Both the position numbers and the translations under genes were made by a program. Shown here piece by piece: positions 61,903 through 64,000 of a DNA stretch of 64,000 nucleotides. This stretch comes from Chloroflexota bacterium (GTDB lineage: Bacteria; Chloroflexota; Anaerolineae; Anaerolineales; JBFLVL01): assembly GCA_040758495.1 (NCBI GenBank), contig JBFLVL010000006.1:73498-137497 (forward strand), in the 5' to 3' direction. The notes under the pieces were generated by a model. The model worked only from the letters and a program-made list of their open reading frames with translations. It made no database searches and was not told where the DNA came from. Each line of letters begins with the position of its first letter. Position 1 is the first letter of the stretch.

Positions 61903-61930
61903 GGGGGATTGGGGACTGGGGATTAGGGGG
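61903..61930 (+). other. Canonical G-quadruplex-forming motif
   Basis: GGGGG-att-GGGG-act-GGGG-atta-GGGGG, immediately followed by ttaggagttgcg, which is shared with 57596-57607. Confidence 0.6.
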
Positions 61931-63352
61931 TTAGGAGTTGCGGGACAGGGGGTTCTTTTGCTGCGGATTTCTTTTGGCGAGGTGGGAGATAACAGCCCGG
62001 AATTTGCCGTTGGGTTCGCGGGGAATTTCAGCGACGGGTTCCAGGATAACTTCGACTGGTCCCATGCGAGCCTGAAGGCGTTCGACGATGGAGCGGCCGG
62101 CAGCGGGGGTGTAATCGGGGGCTGGGACATAACGTACGTGTACACAGTCGAGAGATTCTTGGATGATCTGGGCTTCGCGGATTGAGAGCCCATAGAAAAC
62201 CGGATTTACCCAGAATATATACCTTCCATCAGGGGTAATCAAAAGATCGTTCAATCGACCCTCGATTTCACCCAATAGTGGAAGAGAACGACCACATAAA
62301 CATTTCACGTCTTTCTCGAGGCTTCCGCGATCACCAACCTCATACCTGATTAGAGGCATATCCGCATTTAACAAACCTGTAATAATGATCCGACCAGAAT
62401 CTCCATTTTTCACAGGACCATCATCAAAATCATTGAGAATTTCAATGAAGCCCACCTCTGGCCAGATATGCATTTTCCCCTCTGTACATTCACTTGCACT
62501 AGTAACATATTCACCCATTCCATACGTATTCCTGACCGGACACCTAAAGGCTTTGGAGATGGCTTCTTTATGCATTGGCAGAAGTTGCTCAGCGTTACTA
62601 AAAATTACTTTCAACCCAGGTAACTTCAGTCCTTGGTCTATGGCGTAGTTTGCCAGTACGGCAGCGGAGGAGGGGTAGAAGATCATGTGAGTGGGTTTGT
62701 ATTTCTGCAGAGCTTCCACATACCATCTTGCACTCTTCTTCGAAAGGTGATATGTAGAAAGATATAGTTGGTTTAGTGCATAGTTGTAAACCCCAAAAGG
62801 GGGACGTGATTGGAGAAATGGAACAACCAATTGCCCACCAAGGATTGCCCATCTCTCATTGATACTTGTCTGATGCCAGACTCTAACCCTCGCCTCAAAA
62901 ATAGCGAACCAACAAGTAAGCGTTTCTTTCGTTAAGTAGACCGATATGGGGGTTCCCGTTGTCCCACTAGTTTGATCACGGAACATTCGTCTAATGTTTC
63001 TATCATCGGACACAAAGCGATTAGGTGCAGCTCGGAGCTCTTCTTTTTTCAGGATTGGCCAATTCTCCAGAACTTCCCAAGAAGTGCGGTCTCCTTCACG
63101 ACGGCGCTTCATCCAACTTTCACGATAATAAGGCACCTGTGTTGCAGCACGGTGAAGCACGTATGCAAGTCGCTCTTCCTGCCATGCTTTCCAGCGTTCT
63201 GCTGACCAGGTTTCTCTTTCCAAGGATTCCGACACCAACCGCTCGTGTTCCGGACCGTAGCGCCAAGTACGTAGGTAGTAACCGCGAGCAGTAGCTGCCA
63301 GCACACGTAAAGGGTGTGGGAGATGATGATAAAGTTTTATCCAATTAAGCAA
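61931..63352 (-). CDS. Phenylacetate-CoA ligase-like adenylate-forming enzyme (CapK / F390 synthetase family)
   Basis: 473 aa with the SGTTGTPISVY AMP-binding motif. This family is common in capsule/EPS loci. Confidence 0.8.
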   Translation of the reverse strand: MLNWIKLYHHLPHPLRVLAATARGYYLRTWRYGPEHERLVSESLERETWSAERWKAWQEERLAYVLHRAATQVPYYRESWMKRRREGDRTSWEVLENWPILKKEELRAAPNRFVSDDRNIRRMFRDQTSGTTGTPISVYLTKETLTCWFAIFEARVRVWHQTSINERWAILGGQLVVPFLQSRPPFGVYNYALNQLYLSTYHLSKKSARWYVEALQKYKPTHMIFYPSSAAVLANYAIDQGLKLPGLKVIFSNAEQLLPMHKEAISKAFRCPVRNTYGMGEYVTSASECTEGKMHIWPEVGFIEILNDFDDGPVKNGDSGRIIITGLLNADMPLIRYEVGDRGSLEKDVKCLCGRSLPLLGEIEGRLNDLLITPDGRYIFWVNPVFYGLSIREAQIIQESLDCVHVRYVPAPDYTPAAGRSIVERLQARMGPVEVILEPVAEIPREPNGKFRAVISHLAKRNPQQKNPLSRNS

Positions 63353-64000
63353 GTGATATCAGCTCTCGAAACAGAGACTCCCACTGTGGCAAAATCACCT
63401 TCCAATCAAATTGCTCTGACTTATGACGAGCGTTGAGCGAAAGACGTTCTGCCAAGCCGGGTTCGGTGAGGATGCGGCGTATGTCCGAAGCCATTTCAAG
63501 AGGGTTGTTCGGTGGGACGAGGAGGGCGTCGTGTTCATCCTTTAACAGGCAAGGGATACCCCCTACATCTGTACTGACAATACATAAACCACAAGCCATG
63601 GCTTCGATCACGCTGACGGGGAAGTTATCCATGTTTGTGGTATTGATAAAAATGTCGCCTTGGTTCAACCAGAGGGGCACATCGACCTTGGGTACGCCTC
63701 CCACAAAGCGAATGTGTTCCATAACATTCAGTTTGCAGGCAACCTCTAGGGTTTTCTGCAGGCTACCATCCCCCTTATCCGGGCCAATCATAGTCAAGGT
63801 AGTATTAGGAAAATGCGGCAGGAGGGCTGCTAGTACGCGCGAGGCTAATACGGGGTTGTAGATAGAGTGGAATGACCGTAGCCAGATGAGGCGAGGTTTG
63901 GGTCGGAAACGGAGGCGAAAAGGATAGGCAGCAAGGTCTATGGGGTTGGGAATCAGACGTATGTCCTGACGATAGGACCGCATGGCTTCAACCAGATAGT
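63345..64000 (-). CDS. GT4-family glycosyltransferase (5' end beyond window)
   Basis: C-terminal GT-B domain DNFPVSVIEAMACGLCIVSTDVGGIP. The frame is open upstream of the track's Met to the window end. Confidence 0.8.
   Translation of the reverse strand, partial: YLVEAMRSYRQDIRLIPNPIDLAAYPFRLRFRPKPRLIWLRSFHSIYNPVLASRVLAALLPHFPNTTLTMIGPDKGDGSLQKTLEVACKLNVMEHIRFVGGVPKVDVPLWLNQGDIFINTTNMDNFPVSVIEAMACGLCIVSTDVGGIPCLLKDEHDALLVPPNNPLEMASDIRRILTEPGLAERLSLNARHKSEQFDWKVILPQWESLFRELISLA

Noticed and set aside
1-64000. Autonomous mobile elements or prophage (transposase, integrase, phage structural genes) that could explain the cassettes and repeats
   Set aside because: No ORF in the window shows DDE, tyrosine/serine recombinase or phage hallmark motifs that I can recognise. 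Mobility is inferred only from TIR/TSD and duplication patterns.

Overview
This is a 64-kb window from a GC-rich bacterial chromosome. Thr/Pro-rich linkers, LysM and C25 envelope proteins hint at a Chloroflexota-like organism, but that is inference only.

Positions 1-8.9 kb form a strongly GC-rich minus-strand block. It carries arsenic and thiol-redox genes (acr3, arsC, arsR, an ArsP-like permease, two small thioredoxin-like proteins), a PlsY-DegV fusion, an ABC-2 exporter and an LmbE-type deacetylase.

From about 9.2 kb to the window end lies a very large, visibly less GC-rich cell-envelope and exopolysaccharide region:
- two initiating phosphoglycosyl transferases
- about 9 GT2/GT4 glycosyltransferases
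- Wzx, Wzy, and a Wzz/BY-kinase
- a second Wzz fused to a degenerate GGDEF domain
- a sulfotransferase and an APH-like kinase
- a GT2 plus BcsB-like pair
- sugar-nucleotide enzymes

Embedded at 28.4-46.9 kb is the most unusual part. It is a coherent gene set combining an HprK-like kinase, an ECF sigma/anti-sigma pair, an S26B (SipW/Sec11-type) peptidase, a PqqD/RRE protein and two C25 (gingipain/PorU-family) peptidase homologs. It also holds three membrane proteins sharing one beta-sandwich-like domain, a beta-helix protein, a free-standing 57-aa peptide gene and a fused NBD-ABC-2 exporter.

The region is heavily invaded by:
- at least 9 clusters of a mosaic hairpin-module repeat family, including 127-bp tandem units
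- a classical MITE with TIRs and a TSD
- type II toxin-antitoxin cassettes (VapBC, two HEPN/MNT pairs, HigBA-like, RelE/antitoxin, HicB remnants)
- three copies of the 5' end of one GT2 gene interleaved with TA cassettes

No rRNA, tRNA, CRISPR array, transposase or integrase was recognised.
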